Of a stretch of 64,000 bases of DNA, positions 50,299 to 59,958 are shown in pieces. How positions within the stretch are numbered: the first letter of the stretch is position 1; the number at the start of each line of letters is the position of its first letter. The position numbers and the translations under genes are program-made. Source of the DNA: a virus. Its lineage: Duplodnaviria; Caudoviricetes. The DNA lies in the IMG/VR virus record IMGVR_UViG_2974671799_000001, positions 64,001-128,000 of that record; one strand, given 5' to 3'. The notes under the pieces were generated by a model that was not told where the DNA came from, did not search any database, and saw nothing but the letters and a program-made list of their open reading frames with translations.

Positions 50299-50378
50299 AA
50301 TCATTTAATTTTAATGTTTTTAATCCCCGTAATTAAAATAATTACAGTACAAATATATTAACTATTTATTATTTAAAG

Positions 50379-50418
50379 TGTTAAATAAATGTTAAATAAA
50401 TGTTAAATAAATGTTAAA
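50379..50418 (-). promoter_or_regulatory. four 11-bp-phased TTAACA boxes (OmpR/PhoB-type direct repeats)
   Basis: Plus-strand TGTTAA at 50379, 50390, 50401 and 50412 (unit TGTTAAATAAA), at the -33 position of the micropeptide promoter. Confidence 0.7.
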
Positions 50419-50424
50419 GTTAAA

Positions 50425-50442
50425 AAGCCCCTTTCGGGGCTT
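50425..50442 (-). terminator. intrinsic terminator (GAAA loop on minus strand)
   Basis: AAGCCCC-TTTC-GGGGCTT followed by a T-run on the minus strand. Confidence 0.8.
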
Positions 50443-50445
50443 GTT

Positions 50446-52182
50446 TTATAATAATCCTGATAATGAATAATCATCACCAAAAATTAAAAGCTGTCTTTTA
50501 CCAGTATCATGAATAATATCATGTGCGTGTGCATGACTAGACATACCTTTTCTTGTATAATGTTGTTTTAAAGTAGCACTTAAACCTACACAATGACTAC
50601 CATTCATAATTGACGGACTGTGAGTGTGTGCAGTAGTTGTCTTACTACCCGATGATGCGAATTGTTTAACAGTTCCTTTAGAACCATTTGTGCCACTCTC
50701 ACCATGAGACGATATAACAATACCATTAATACGAACAGTTCTACCACATTCAATATAGTCAACATACTTTTTATTTTCATACCTCTTATTAACAAGATAT
50801 CCAAATAAGCACCCGTGTTCTGTTAAATCAGTAGATTGCATTATACTAGCATATTCTAAATATGTTGCGGAATTGTGTAAATCCTTCTTCCAATCCATAT
50901 CATTAATGTGTCTATCTAAGAACCAATCGTGATTCGATTCAATAACCAATATCTTATCACATTTGAAATCCTTCTTAACCATTTTCGGAAACTCTACAGC
51001 TTGCTCAACCTCATCTTTAATTAAGAATTTGCCTTGTAAAATCTTTTGACGCTGTAAATAATAATCACGTCTCTCATGTGGATTAAACCTATAACCATCT
51101 AAAACATCATGTAAAACAACATTTTTAGGTCTTAAAGATTTTGTTAATCTCTTTGTAGCTTCATATAACTTCATATCTAAAAGCTCTCTATGAATATCAC
51201 CCATTACCAAACCATCAACTTTTTTAATGATTGTGTGTTCACCATCCTTAATTCTAATATTCAAATCTGTGAATGTTCCATCAGTATCAGCAGAAACAGA
51301 ACGAGGAATATAACAAGTGTCTTTATCCTTCTTTTCAATGATTGTAAATCCATATGTGTGATTAAAGAATCCATCATCACCAGTTAATGAACGAGAATAA
51401 TTCTTAACACTTAATGCACCTGTAGATGCTCTAACTCTCAATGCATCACCTCTAAAACGTGGTGCTGTTTCTAAATGTATTCTAGGTGAACCAACAACTA
51501 AATGGTTATTTCCTGCGTGTGATGGCATACCTTTTAATGGTTCTTTCTTTGTTGGTCTAATATGTGAATCAGAAGAAATTACACAATCACCAAATTGAAT
51601 TTTATTATAGAATAAATATTTATCAACTTCAACATCCCACCATTGCATCCTAGCGTGTTTCTTAGATAATTGTTCAGCAGGACTCGTTGGATTTCTGTAT
51701 CTAGTAGGTATTACAATAATTTGAGCTTTCTTGTTAAATTTTTCTTTAAGAACTTCAATATATGTTTTGATATTTCCCCAAAGCTTATAATTTAAAGCTG
51801 TGGTGTTTTGTGCGGATGTAACGATTAAAATATCAGTATCTTCATCTATATTTCTTAATTGCGCTCGTTGTAGTTGAGGTGGTAATTTTGAAGCAGGTTT
51901 TGATAATTCTAGTTTAACCCACCATTCTCTAATGGTTCTGTCAGTAACACCAAATTTCTTTGTGAGTTTCTCACACTTCTCAACATGATTCAAATCATCA
52001 GAATAATAAATGGTTGTTATATACTGTATATCTTCATCTGTAAGTTTTCTGAAACCTTTCTTTGCGGTCTTTGAAATCTTAACATCATTTTCAATTCCGT
52101 TATTTGATTCTTTAGATTTTTTAGCCTTGGCTTTATTGTTATTTGATTTAACTTTAGCCTTGCTATCAGTCTTTTTACTCAT
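50446..52182 (-). CDS. T5 A1-like calcineurin-type metallophosphoesterase/nuclease with N-terminal HTH
   Basis: VTSAQN, MGDIH, HDVLD, SNHD, HG..G.NG..G, HTHS and GKR motifs; HTH-like LTKKFGVTDRTIREW. Confidence 0.75.
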   Translation of the reverse strand: MSKKTDSKAKVKSNNNKAKAKKSKESNNGIENDVKISKTAKKGFRKLTDEDIQYITTIYYSDDLNHVEKCEKLTKKFGVTDRTIREWWVKLELSKPASKLPPQLQRAQLRNIDEDTDILIVTSAQNTTALNYKLWGNIKTYIEVLKEKFNKKAQIIVIPTRYRNPTSPAEQLSKKHARMQWWDVEVDKYLFYNKIQFGDCVISSDSHIRPTKKEPLKGMPSHAGNNHLVVGSPRIHLETAPRFRGDALRVRASTGALSVKNYSRSLTGDDGFFNHTYGFTIIEKKDKDTCYIPRSVSADTDGTFTDLNIRIKDGEHTIIKKVDGLVMGDIHRELLDMKLYEATKRLTKSLRPKNVVLHDVLDGYRFNPHERRDYYLQRQKILQGKFLIKDEVEQAVEFPKMVKKDFKCDKILVIESNHDWFLDRHINDMDWKKDLHNSATYLEYASIMQSTDLTEHGCLFGYLVNKRYENKKYVDYIECGRTVRINGIVISSHGESGTNGSKGTVKQFASSGSKTTTAHTHSPSIMNGSHCVGLSATLKQHYTRKGMSSHAHAHDIIHDTGKRQLLIFGDDYSLSGLL

Positions 52183-52226
52183 ATTTTATATTTGTTTTTT
52201 GATTTTACATATTCGTAATTTTTTTA

Positions 52227-52258
52227 CAAAAGTATAATAAAAATCTATATAAAACAAA
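52227..52258 (-). promoter_or_regulatory. Bacteroidetes-type primary sigma promoter
   Basis: TTTG(52255-58)-N20-TACTTTTG(52227-34) upstream of the A1-like gene. Confidence 0.7.
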
Positions 52259-52287
52259 AAAGATTGTAGAATTTCTACAATCTTTTT
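52257..52287 (-). terminator. intrinsic terminator after portal
   Basis: AAAAAGATTGTAGAA-T-TTCTACAATCTTTTT. Confidence 0.75.
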
Positions 52288-52331
52288 AAGACATACACCA
52301 AAAACGAAATATATTTCATTTTATGTTTTTA

Positions 52332-54083
52332 TTAGAATCCGAAGTTTAAATCATCACCACCACCACCATCAGGATTGTCAGGGTCTTCATTAAATTCGTC
52401 AAACTCTATTTCAAGACCAAACTTTGCTCTTGTTTGTTTTATTTTACGTTCCATTAATAATTTCTTTTCGATTGACTCCAATCTCAATTTATCAATGTAT
52501 TTTATTTCTTCTTCTGTAAAACCTGCATATTCCTTCATAGCATACTCAATAGGCATCCAAGGAATAGTATCTCCATCAGGTGTATCTATTGTTAACTTAT
52601 CAGTAATTTCAGAAATGAAATCAAATTTAGCCTTTAATAATTCCTGTCTAATCATCATTGATAATTCAGAATCGGAATTAAAATCCAAATATATGTTTTC
52701 AGCTAAATCAGGCTCATTATGTAAATAAGGATATTCCAAAATAAGTTGATAAGTTAAAGGTATCAATAATATCTTACCATATATGTTTTGAATTTTCCTT
52801 TTGAATTTATCAAATCCTATTTCCTCGATATAAACTGATGTAGGGTCATAGTTCCAAGTGTCCTGACCACCTTTTTCAAATCTATTAAAAGGCATCATTG
52901 TTGAACTATAAAACTTATTTTTCATATACTCATTCGGTTCCATATTCTGCATATCGAATCCCTCACCACCTAATACAGTAACTTCGGGTGTACCACTATC
53001 ACCATTAGATAAGAAAATATCTTTACTCATTGGTAAATTTGTAGTACCGTTCACAGATACATCACCTGAATATGAGTCGAAATTATAATCATCTTTGTAT
53101 AATTCCATAGTCATACTTACAGTTTGTTCTGAACGGTTACGACCTTGTGTTTGTGTAGGAATAGAATACATTGTCCTATATGTAGAATTAGTAACAGCCC
53201 AAATAATCTTTGTCTCATCAATAACACGCATCATGTTATATGGCTTAATAAGACCTTCCAAATAAGATGTTGTTTCATTTTCTTCCATATCATCAGACCA
53301 ACTCAAATAGATAATCTCATGGTCGAATAATACAGTACCATCACCCGAATAATTATTAAGGAAATTTGAAGCACCCATCACATTTTGTTGAATATCTGTA
53401 GTCGATTTGGGTCTATGAATCCAAAATCTTTGACCCCTTTCATAATAAGGTTCTAAAGTGTTAACATCAACCTCTACAAAGTGATGAATCTTTTTTGGAT
53501 TTGTTGGGTTATCATAAATTATGAACCATGCCTTTCTCCCATACTTTAGGAATTGATACATTTTTTGCCAAGCACCATCACCACTCAATCCCATTTTACG
53601 AACAAAATCAGAGAAGTTTAAATCTAGGTTTTCTTTAACCTTTTCTAAAACTTCCTTTTTAAAACCTAACTGTCTAAGTCTATCATCATGAATTTTTGGT
53701 TCAGCGAATGAAGGAATTTCTTTTGAAGTTATGATAAGCTCATTACATAATTTTGTTAAAACCTCTTTAATTTCAGGTTTTGATGCAATATCATCATAAT
53801 AGTTAGTCTTTCTTTCGTGTTCAAGGTTTTGAAAACCTTTGTTTTTATTTCTTTCAGATAGTAATTTTTTATGGCGAATTAATGTAGAATAAATTTCTTC
53901 ATCTTCTATACGAAAATCCTTTGCTTGAACTCCTTGCTTATCTTTTCTATGTAAATCCTTTTTTGAGTATGATGTCATATCAGTATTGAAATTACTAAAT
54001 AACTTACTCAATTTCTCTCTACGGTTGTCTCTAAGTTTATCTAGATTACTAACCCCCGCAAGTAAATGTTGTTTATTACTCAA
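52332..54083 (-). CDS. portal protein (gp20-like)
   Basis: PEIKEVL...NE, SYLE..IKPYN.MR.I.E...IW, DIFL, EV.VLGG, P..RF, EI.F.KF; TTG start. Confidence 0.9.
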   Translation of the reverse strand: MSNKQHLLAGVSNLDKLRDNRREKLSKLFSNFNTDMTSYSKKDLHRKDKQGVQAKDFRIEDEEIYSTLIRHKKLLSERNKNKGFQNLEHERKTNYYDDIASKPEIKEVLTKLCNELIITSKEIPSFAEPKIHDDRLRQLGFKKEVLEKVKENLDLNFSDFVRKMGLSGDGAWQKMYQFLKYGRKAWFIIYDNPTNPKKIHHFVEVDVNTLEPYYERGQRFWIHRPKSTTDIQQNVMGASNFLNNYSGDGTVLFDHEIIYLSWSDDMEENETTSYLEGLIKPYNMMRVIDETKIIWAVTNSTYRTMYSIPTQTQGRNRSEQTVSMTMELYKDDYNFDSYSGDVSVNGTTNLPMSKDIFLSNGDSGTPEVTVLGGEGFDMQNMEPNEYMKNKFYSSTMMPFNRFEKGGQDTWNYDPTSVYIEEIGFDKFKRKIQNIYGKILLIPLTYQLILEYPYLHNEPDLAENIYLDFNSDSELSMMIRQELLKAKFDFISEITDKLTIDTPDGDTIPWMPIEYAMKEYAGFTEEEIKYIDKLRLESIEKKLLMERKIKQTRAKFGLEIEFDEFNEDPDNPDGGGGDDLNFGF

Positions 54084-54138
54084 TTTGATTAATTTTTATG
54101 ATTAATATTTCTTTTTGGTGTCTTAGTGTATATATAGT

Positions 54139-54885
54139 TTATACGTTAAAACCTTGTTTTGATGCAAGTCGTCTAGTTGCTGATGTCTTACCCTTAGTTA
54201 TAAATTTCTTCCATTCCCTCTCCAATTCAATCTCGTTAATTTTTTTATATTCTTTAGACGGTAACCAAATAGCACGCTCCCATTCAATATGAGGAAACTT
54301 CACAGTCTTTTTTCGCAAACTAGGTATATACATTCTCACAGCAAATTCAACACCTAACTGTTTAGTCATACTTTTTATAGTTCTCCAATCTAGATAAAAA
54401 ACAGTATCAACACCTTGTTTCATTGCTTTATTATACTGAATCTTATACATTTTATAAACCATAAACAATACAGACTGTCTAATTTTAGGTGGTAATAAAT
54501 GTAAATTAATCCCAACTTCCCTAACACCCAACTTTGTTTTCTTTTGTCCGATACACAAAACCAAAGGTTGAGTATCATAGAAATCCAAAACATCCTCATA
54601 TTTCGGGGTATCATAATTAAACATATAAAGCATTGAAGGTTCTAACATTTTACCTTGATACTTCGCTTTAGGGTCTGTTCTAAGATATTTATTGAACCAT
54701 TCAACAGCTTTTCTATTCCTTTGCGCTCTATTTCGAATAGAACCGATTTCATTATTATGCATAGAATCCCACATATTGTAATCATCAGTATATCCCTTTT
54801 GATTGAAATACTGAGAAACTGCATTTATAAATCTATCAAATCTAGAACGTATATTTTTTATTCCACTAAATCGTTTTTTAGCCAT
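54139..54885 (-). CDS. DNA end protector protein (gp2-like)
   Basis: LYMFNYD.PKY...L.FYD..PLVL, GINLHLLPP..R, R.Y, W..AI.LP motifs. Confidence 0.85.
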   Translation of the reverse strand: MAKKRFSGIKNIRSRFDRFINAVSQYFNQKGYTDDYNMWDSMHNNEIGSIRNRAQRNRKAVEWFNKYLRTDPKAKYQGKMLEPSMLYMFNYDTPKYEDVLDFYDTQPLVLCIGQKKTKLGVREVGINLHLLPPKIRQSVLFMVYKMYKIQYNKAMKQGVDTVFYLDWRTIKSMTKQLGVEFAVRMYIPSLRKKTVKFPHIEWERAIWLPSKEYKKINEIELEREWKKFITKGKTSATRRLASKQGFNV

Positions 54886-54983
54886 TGTGTTTTTTTTGTT
54901 TTAATTAATATAACAATTGAAATCAAATTTTATCCTAATTTTATGTATTTTCAAATGTTAATTTATCTATGAAAAATATTAAG

Positions 54984-55137
54984 TTTATTTATGTTATTTG
55001 TATTTATAATATATAAAGGAAAATGCACCTAGGTACATTTTCACTGATTTTCTTTCAACGAAAAATGCGTTTTACTGAGAATCTTCCAAAGAATTTGTTA
55101 AAATATTGTCACTACAATAAAGTTTGCATATGTTGTA
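54984..55137. repeat. 154-bp non-coding dispersed repeat, copy 2
   Basis: Matches 15559-15712 in the same orientation; identical palindrome at 55020-55041. Confidence 0.95.
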
Positions 55138-55367
55138 TCGTTTACCAGTATAAACCACGAAAAAAATTACACTAAGTTTACGTTCCCTTAACATTAAATT
55201 TACATTAAACGACTTAAACATTTAATAATCAAATAATTATGAAAATTGTTAAAAATGTTAAAATTTTTCACTTATTAACATTAACTTAACATTCGCTAGA
55301 ATTTCGCTATTTTCTTAACATTAAATTAACATTGGAAAATGGTCGTTTTTGGGTCATTTTTTATATA

Positions 55368-55405
55368 AAAAGTGGCTTTACGAATTAAATCAGAAAGCCA
55401 CTTTT
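55368..55405 (-). terminator. intrinsic terminator hairpin
   Basis: AAAAGTGGCTTT...AAAGCCACTTTT. Confidence 0.7.
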
Positions 55406-55428
55406 AAGATACAAAAAGTATCGACAAA

Positions 55429-58400
55429 TTAAACCCTATCAATTAAAATTTTAAGATTTTCATTCAAATCAACATTATCAAAAAGTTCTAAAGATGATGG
55501 ATTTTCAGAATAAAAATCAATTTCAACATCACCTTTCAAAACTTTAGAAATCACATAAATTTTGCTAAATTCTGAATCAAAAAATCTTCTTAAAATAATA
55601 TCTTCAAAATCGAATTGTGATATATTTTGAGAATTGGTGTTATTATCGACTCCTAAAATATCAATCTTATCTTGTTCTGTAAAGTTCTTTAAATCGAATC
55701 CATAATTTTCTAAAATTCTTTTCAAGTAATCCTTTACATTTGAATAAACATCAATTATATCAGAGTCTGTTTTAATAACATCAAACTCAATAACCTTTTT
55801 ACTGGATAAAACCAAACTTATATCATGTTTGTATTCCATAGGATTACTAAACCAATGCAAGTTCTTAAAATCCTTCTTATCACTATAAACTCTATAATGT
55901 TTTGATAAAATAGTTTCTGAAAAATCCTTCCTATAAAACCAAACCTTATCATTCAATCTATCACTATTATTTTTAGATGATGGTAAAATATTATATTTAC
56001 TTGTTTTATATGAATATCCATAATCAGTATAATTTATACTAAAGAAATAACTAGATTTCCTTAATTGCTTAGTAATAGGTGTATAAAGACCATTTTGCCT
56101 AATCATATTAATAGTGTACTTATCAGACCTATTAAGTATATCATTATTCACGTTTTTAAGACCTATAACAGCCATCTTTGCTACAGGTTCAATTGGGTAA
56201 ATATCTAATAATGATGTGTTACCATAAATGTCAGTAACAGTTGTATTATTTGACTTAATCCAATCCATGATATCAGATGTTGAAATTAATGAAAAACGTT
56301 CAATAGCACCTACATTTTTTAATACCCTATCATATTCAGCATTTTCCAAAAGAATAGCTTCAACAATATCCATCTTATTTTGTTCATAAAATACATTATT
56401 ATTTGCTAAATACTCAGCCAACATATCATATTCTATTGTTGTTGTTACACCCGACTCTGTTTCTTTTATTTTTACATGAATTTCTGTACACCAAAAATGG
56501 TCTTTTCCAATTTCCTGTATATCCATAAATGTTATTAACATACCGAAATTTGTTGTTTCAGAATCATCAGTATCACCAAAGTAAACTTCAAAATTTTGTC
56601 TAAGTTCTAAAAATGATGTGAAATCAACATCAAACCTTTCTAATAAACCTTTACCAACATGAACATAATTAATACCATTTTGTTGAAAGTACCAATCATT
56701 TGTTTTGAAGTTCCCTAAATATGTTTTTGGTGAAGATGAATCATTAATACGTAATGAAATATTCTTTCTACCGAAACTTGATAAACTTGTTTCTGTTGCA
56801 TAATCACCATCAGAAAAATATAATAATGACCTATCCAACCAATAAACACCTTCTTGCTCCAATCCTGTTAAAACAGGTTCAGGAACATACATTGTAACAT
56901 ATAATGTGATTGATTTGAAAGCCTCATTTTCTAAAAGTTCTATATCTCTATCCTTACTTTCAGGTGCTGTACTTGTATTTAGAATTGCTGAGAATTTCCA
57001 TCCTTCATATTTGGAATCTAAAACAATCTTAACACCTCTAAAGAAGCATGAGTATAAATCATCTTCCTTCTTTATAATAGAATGTGACCTTATATAATTG
57101 TAAACATCGAAATCAGTACTTAAAACATCTTCTTTAGTAATATGCTTTACTGTGTAACTTGTTAAAATATCATTAATATGTCTATCAAAACCTTTTATTG
57201 AATCATTAATCTTAATTTCAGGATTATAAACAGGTAATGTTAATGTAGTTTTATGAAAATTCAAATCATAAATAGTCAAATCAGATGTATGACCATAAGA
57301 CAAACTAATACGAATTTCATTATTTTCACCAACAGCACTACCACCCAATGATAAAACTTTTGTATCTATTATATTTTCGGAAACACCACCAATCAAATTA
57401 ACATCAACATTCCAACTATCTATAACAACCATATTATCTAAATCAACAATTTCAATAAGTGTTCTAACACTCGTGTTTGCTGAATTTTCTAATGAAAAAT
57501 TGAATGAAAATTTAATATCACTATTAATTCCTTGTTCTCTTATATCTAACTTTCTTGAAATATAATTTTGACTATTATTAGGACTAAACTTTATACCACC
57601 ATCACCCGAATCAATCAAATCACCGTTAAGAACAAACCATTCGGAAATTTCATCAGGTTCATTTATATCTGTGTAAAATCTTTGAATTATATTTGTTGGT
57701 TGTTCTGTATCAATCTCAACATCCTTAATAGCAGGAATTTTACCAACGTTCAAATCCCTCATATAAGGTGGTAAACCTGTACCAATAACTAACCATGAAT
57801 GTGTAGCGTTTCTCAAATCCCTATCTTTAATATCCAAAGATGGTGCAAAATTACTATATCTAAAAGGTTGAGCTAAATTCAATGTGTATGGTCTATTATA
57901 AACATCTAAACCATCCTTATACATGAATTTATTAATAGACTGATTTATCATTGAATTTGATATCAAATCGTGGTTTAAATTTTCTGATAGTCTATTAAAT
58001 TCATTATCAATACTAGTTGCTTCAAAACTACTAGTATTTACATCACCTATTAACATACCCCTTTCTAATGAAATAGAATCAAAATATCTTGAAATAATCG
58101 ATACTAATTCAGCTTTATATTCACTCATTTCAGATTCGGAAGGCATAACATCATATTTCCCTAAAAAGTTTTCATCACTAACTTGGTTTAATAACCATTG
58201 TTTATATGTGTTTAATTCGAAATCAAAAACATCACCATGATATGTATTTTCTCTATCAAAATCAAATGCTCTATGCTCACAAGTCTTTAATCTATATAAT
58301 TTTGACTTTTCTGTTTTAATAACATTAATTATATCACCATTTGGATTATCTTCTCTAATTGAACTTTCCAAATTAAAGAAGTAATAACCCAACCATTTAC

Positions 58401-59865
58401 CCATTTCAATAACTTTAGATGTGTTTTCTTTATAATTTAAACTATCACCACCATTTACATCTAAAGGTATTGGAAAAGCTGTTAAAACCGAGTCAGATGA
58501 TGGACTATAGAATGTGTTTTCATATACAGAAACATTATCTGTGAATTTTAAAGGTATAATAGAGTAATTACGTGGTTTTTCAACCAATTTTATATTTTTA
58601 TAAGACTCATCATTTATAAGACTCTTTATAACCAAGTATTCATTTTCGAAAATTAAAGCATCTACAAATAAATTAGAAATATTTGTTCTAGCATATAATG
58701 TAAAAGACTTTGCTATATTTTCAGCAGTTTTCATTATATCATTAACAACGATATCATCCTCACTAATAGTATATTCAATCTCTGTTACACCATCCAATTC
58801 AAGTATTAATTTTTCACCAACACTAGGAAGAAAATTTGGCTTAATCATTATTAATGGTGTAAAATCACCACTATGTGTAAATGATGTGAATTGTATTGCA
58901 TTCAATGTATCAACAACCACAGGATTATCATTTAAATCACTTTCCGTTAAAACATCTTGTGACATTGTGATAGTTCCTTTGTTTTCTATTATTTTGAAAT
59001 GAGCTTCTGTATCATTAAATTCATTAAGACTTTCTAACTCATCCATTGTTGTATAAAAACCTATTAAATCTACAAATGTATCGTTTAAATCATCATTTGA
59101 TAAATCTAAATCAAAACAAAATTCCAAGTTTAAGAATCTTGAATCTATCATTTCATTTTTCCTGAAACCATCAACAATATCATGATTAAATTCAGTCAAT
59201 GTTCTTTCGTTTGCCAAAACATTAACCATATTATTATCATATTTCGTTTCTAGCAAACCACTATTTAAACTAGTACCAGTAAAGCTAAAACCCTCTTCAA
59301 AATTAGCAAATACACCGATATCATCGATATTATCCTTCATATACTTGATATGTCTATCTAATTGTTTACCCATTTCAGAACTTCTAAAATCATGTACATG
59401 AACTAATTCTTTTATAAATGGTTTTCCTTTATTAAAGTCATTCCTATTAACTCTATAAACAACAAATAAATCAGGTTTTGTAGCCTCTTTATCTATGTAA
59501 ATAGGTGCAAAAAATCTAAATCGTTTTGTTATAAGTTCTGAAACATCAGAGTAAGCACCATAATTATAAATTCTTTCATGTTGTTCTGAAAGCTCTTTTG
59601 TAACTAGATTTGAATCACTCTTTACATCAAAAATATTATCTTTTATGTCGAATAAATCAGCATAATTTTTAAGATTCACCATTAAATTACTTGTAGTGTT
59701 CAATTTATAAGCTTTATAAAGTGACCTAGCAAGTTCAGAATTTGAATTTATTGAATCCAAATATATGTTATCCTCATCACAAACAAACTTTATATTCCCA
59801 CTTAAACGCGGATTACATTTATTAAGTGTATAAAAACTGTTTGATATTTTATTGTCTTTTGCCAT
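55429..59865 (-). CDS. large virion structural protein (baseplate-like, unassigned)
   Basis: 1478 aa, acidic and beta-rich; TATAAATA at 59942-59949 upstream. Confidence 0.6.
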   Translation of the reverse strand: MAKDNKISNSFYTLNKCNPRLSGNIKFVCDEDNIYLDSINSNSELARSLYKAYKLNTTSNLMVNLKNYADLFDIKDNIFDVKSDSNLVTKELSEQHERIYNYGAYSDVSELITKRFRFFAPIYIDKEATKPDLFVVYRVNRNDFNKGKPFIKELVHVHDFRSSEMGKQLDRHIKYMKDNIDDIGVFANFEEGFSFTGTSLNSGLLETKYDNNMVNVLANERTLTEFNHDIVDGFRKNEMIDSRFLNLEFCFDLDLSNDDLNDTFVDLIGFYTTMDELESLNEFNDTEAHFKIIENKGTITMSQDVLTESDLNDNPVVVDTLNAIQFTSFTHSGDFTPLIMIKPNFLPSVGEKLILELDGVTEIEYTISEDDIVVNDIMKTAENIAKSFTLYARTNISNLFVDALIFENEYLVIKSLINDESYKNIKLVEKPRNYSIIPLKFTDNVSVYENTFYSPSSDSVLTAFPIPLDVNGGDSLNYKENTSKVIEMGKWLGYYFFNLESSIREDNPNGDIINVIKTEKSKLYRLKTCEHRAFDFDRENTYHGDVFDFELNTYKQWLLNQVSDENFLGKYDVMPSESEMSEYKAELVSIISRYFDSISLERGMLIGDVNTSSFEATSIDNEFNRLSENLNHDLISNSMINQSINKFMYKDGLDVYNRPYTLNLAQPFRYSNFAPSLDIKDRDLRNATHSWLVIGTGLPPYMRDLNVGKIPAIKDVEIDTEQPTNIIQRFYTDINEPDEISEWFVLNGDLIDSGDGGIKFSPNNSQNYISRKLDIREQGINSDIKFSFNFSLENSANTSVRTLIEIVDLDNMVVIDSWNVDVNLIGGVSENIIDTKVLSLGGSAVGENNEIRISLSYGHTSDLTIYDLNFHKTTLTLPVYNPEIKINDSIKGFDRHINDILTSYTVKHITKEDVLSTDFDVYNYIRSHSIIKKEDDLYSCFFRGVKIVLDSKYEGWKFSAILNTSTAPESKDRDIELLENEAFKSITLYVTMYVPEPVLTGLEQEGVYWLDRSLLYFSDGDYATETSLSSFGRKNISLRINDSSSPKTYLGNFKTNDWYFQQNGINYVHVGKGLLERFDVDFTSFLELRQNFEVYFGDTDDSETTNFGMLITFMDIQEIGKDHFWCTEIHVKIKETESGVTTTIEYDMLAEYLANNNVFYEQNKMDIVEAILLENAEYDRVLKNVGAIERFSLISTSDIMDWIKSNNTTVTDIYGNTSLLDIYPIEPVAKMAVIGLKNVNNDILNRSDKYTINMIRQNGLYTPITKQLRKSSYFFSINYTDYGYSYKTSKYNILPSSKNNSDRLNDKVWFYRKDFSETILSKHYRVYSDKKDFKNLHWFSNPMEYKHDISLVLSSKKVIEFDVIKTDSDIIDVYSNVKDYLKRILENYGFDLKNFTEQDKIDILGVDNNTNSQNISQFDFEDIILRRFFDSEFSKIYVISKVLKGDVEIDFYSENPSSLELFDNVDLNENLKILIDRV

Positions 59866-59958
59866 ATTGTATTTTAAATAAGGTTTAAAATGATAAATAG
59901 AGTAAAGAGTTTAACGAGAAACGTTAAAAAATTACTTAATATATTTATACTTTCATAT

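Noticed and set aside
54984-55137. Dispersed repeat as IS ends or att sites flanking a 39-kb mobile unit
   Set aside because: No transposase or integrase in the window, copies are about 12% diverged, and the enclosed region holds essential virion genes continuous with the flanks
59890-59958. Track start 59890 of the neck-like gene
   Set aside because: This segment holds the late-promoter motif for the divergent gene; ATG 59959 fits better
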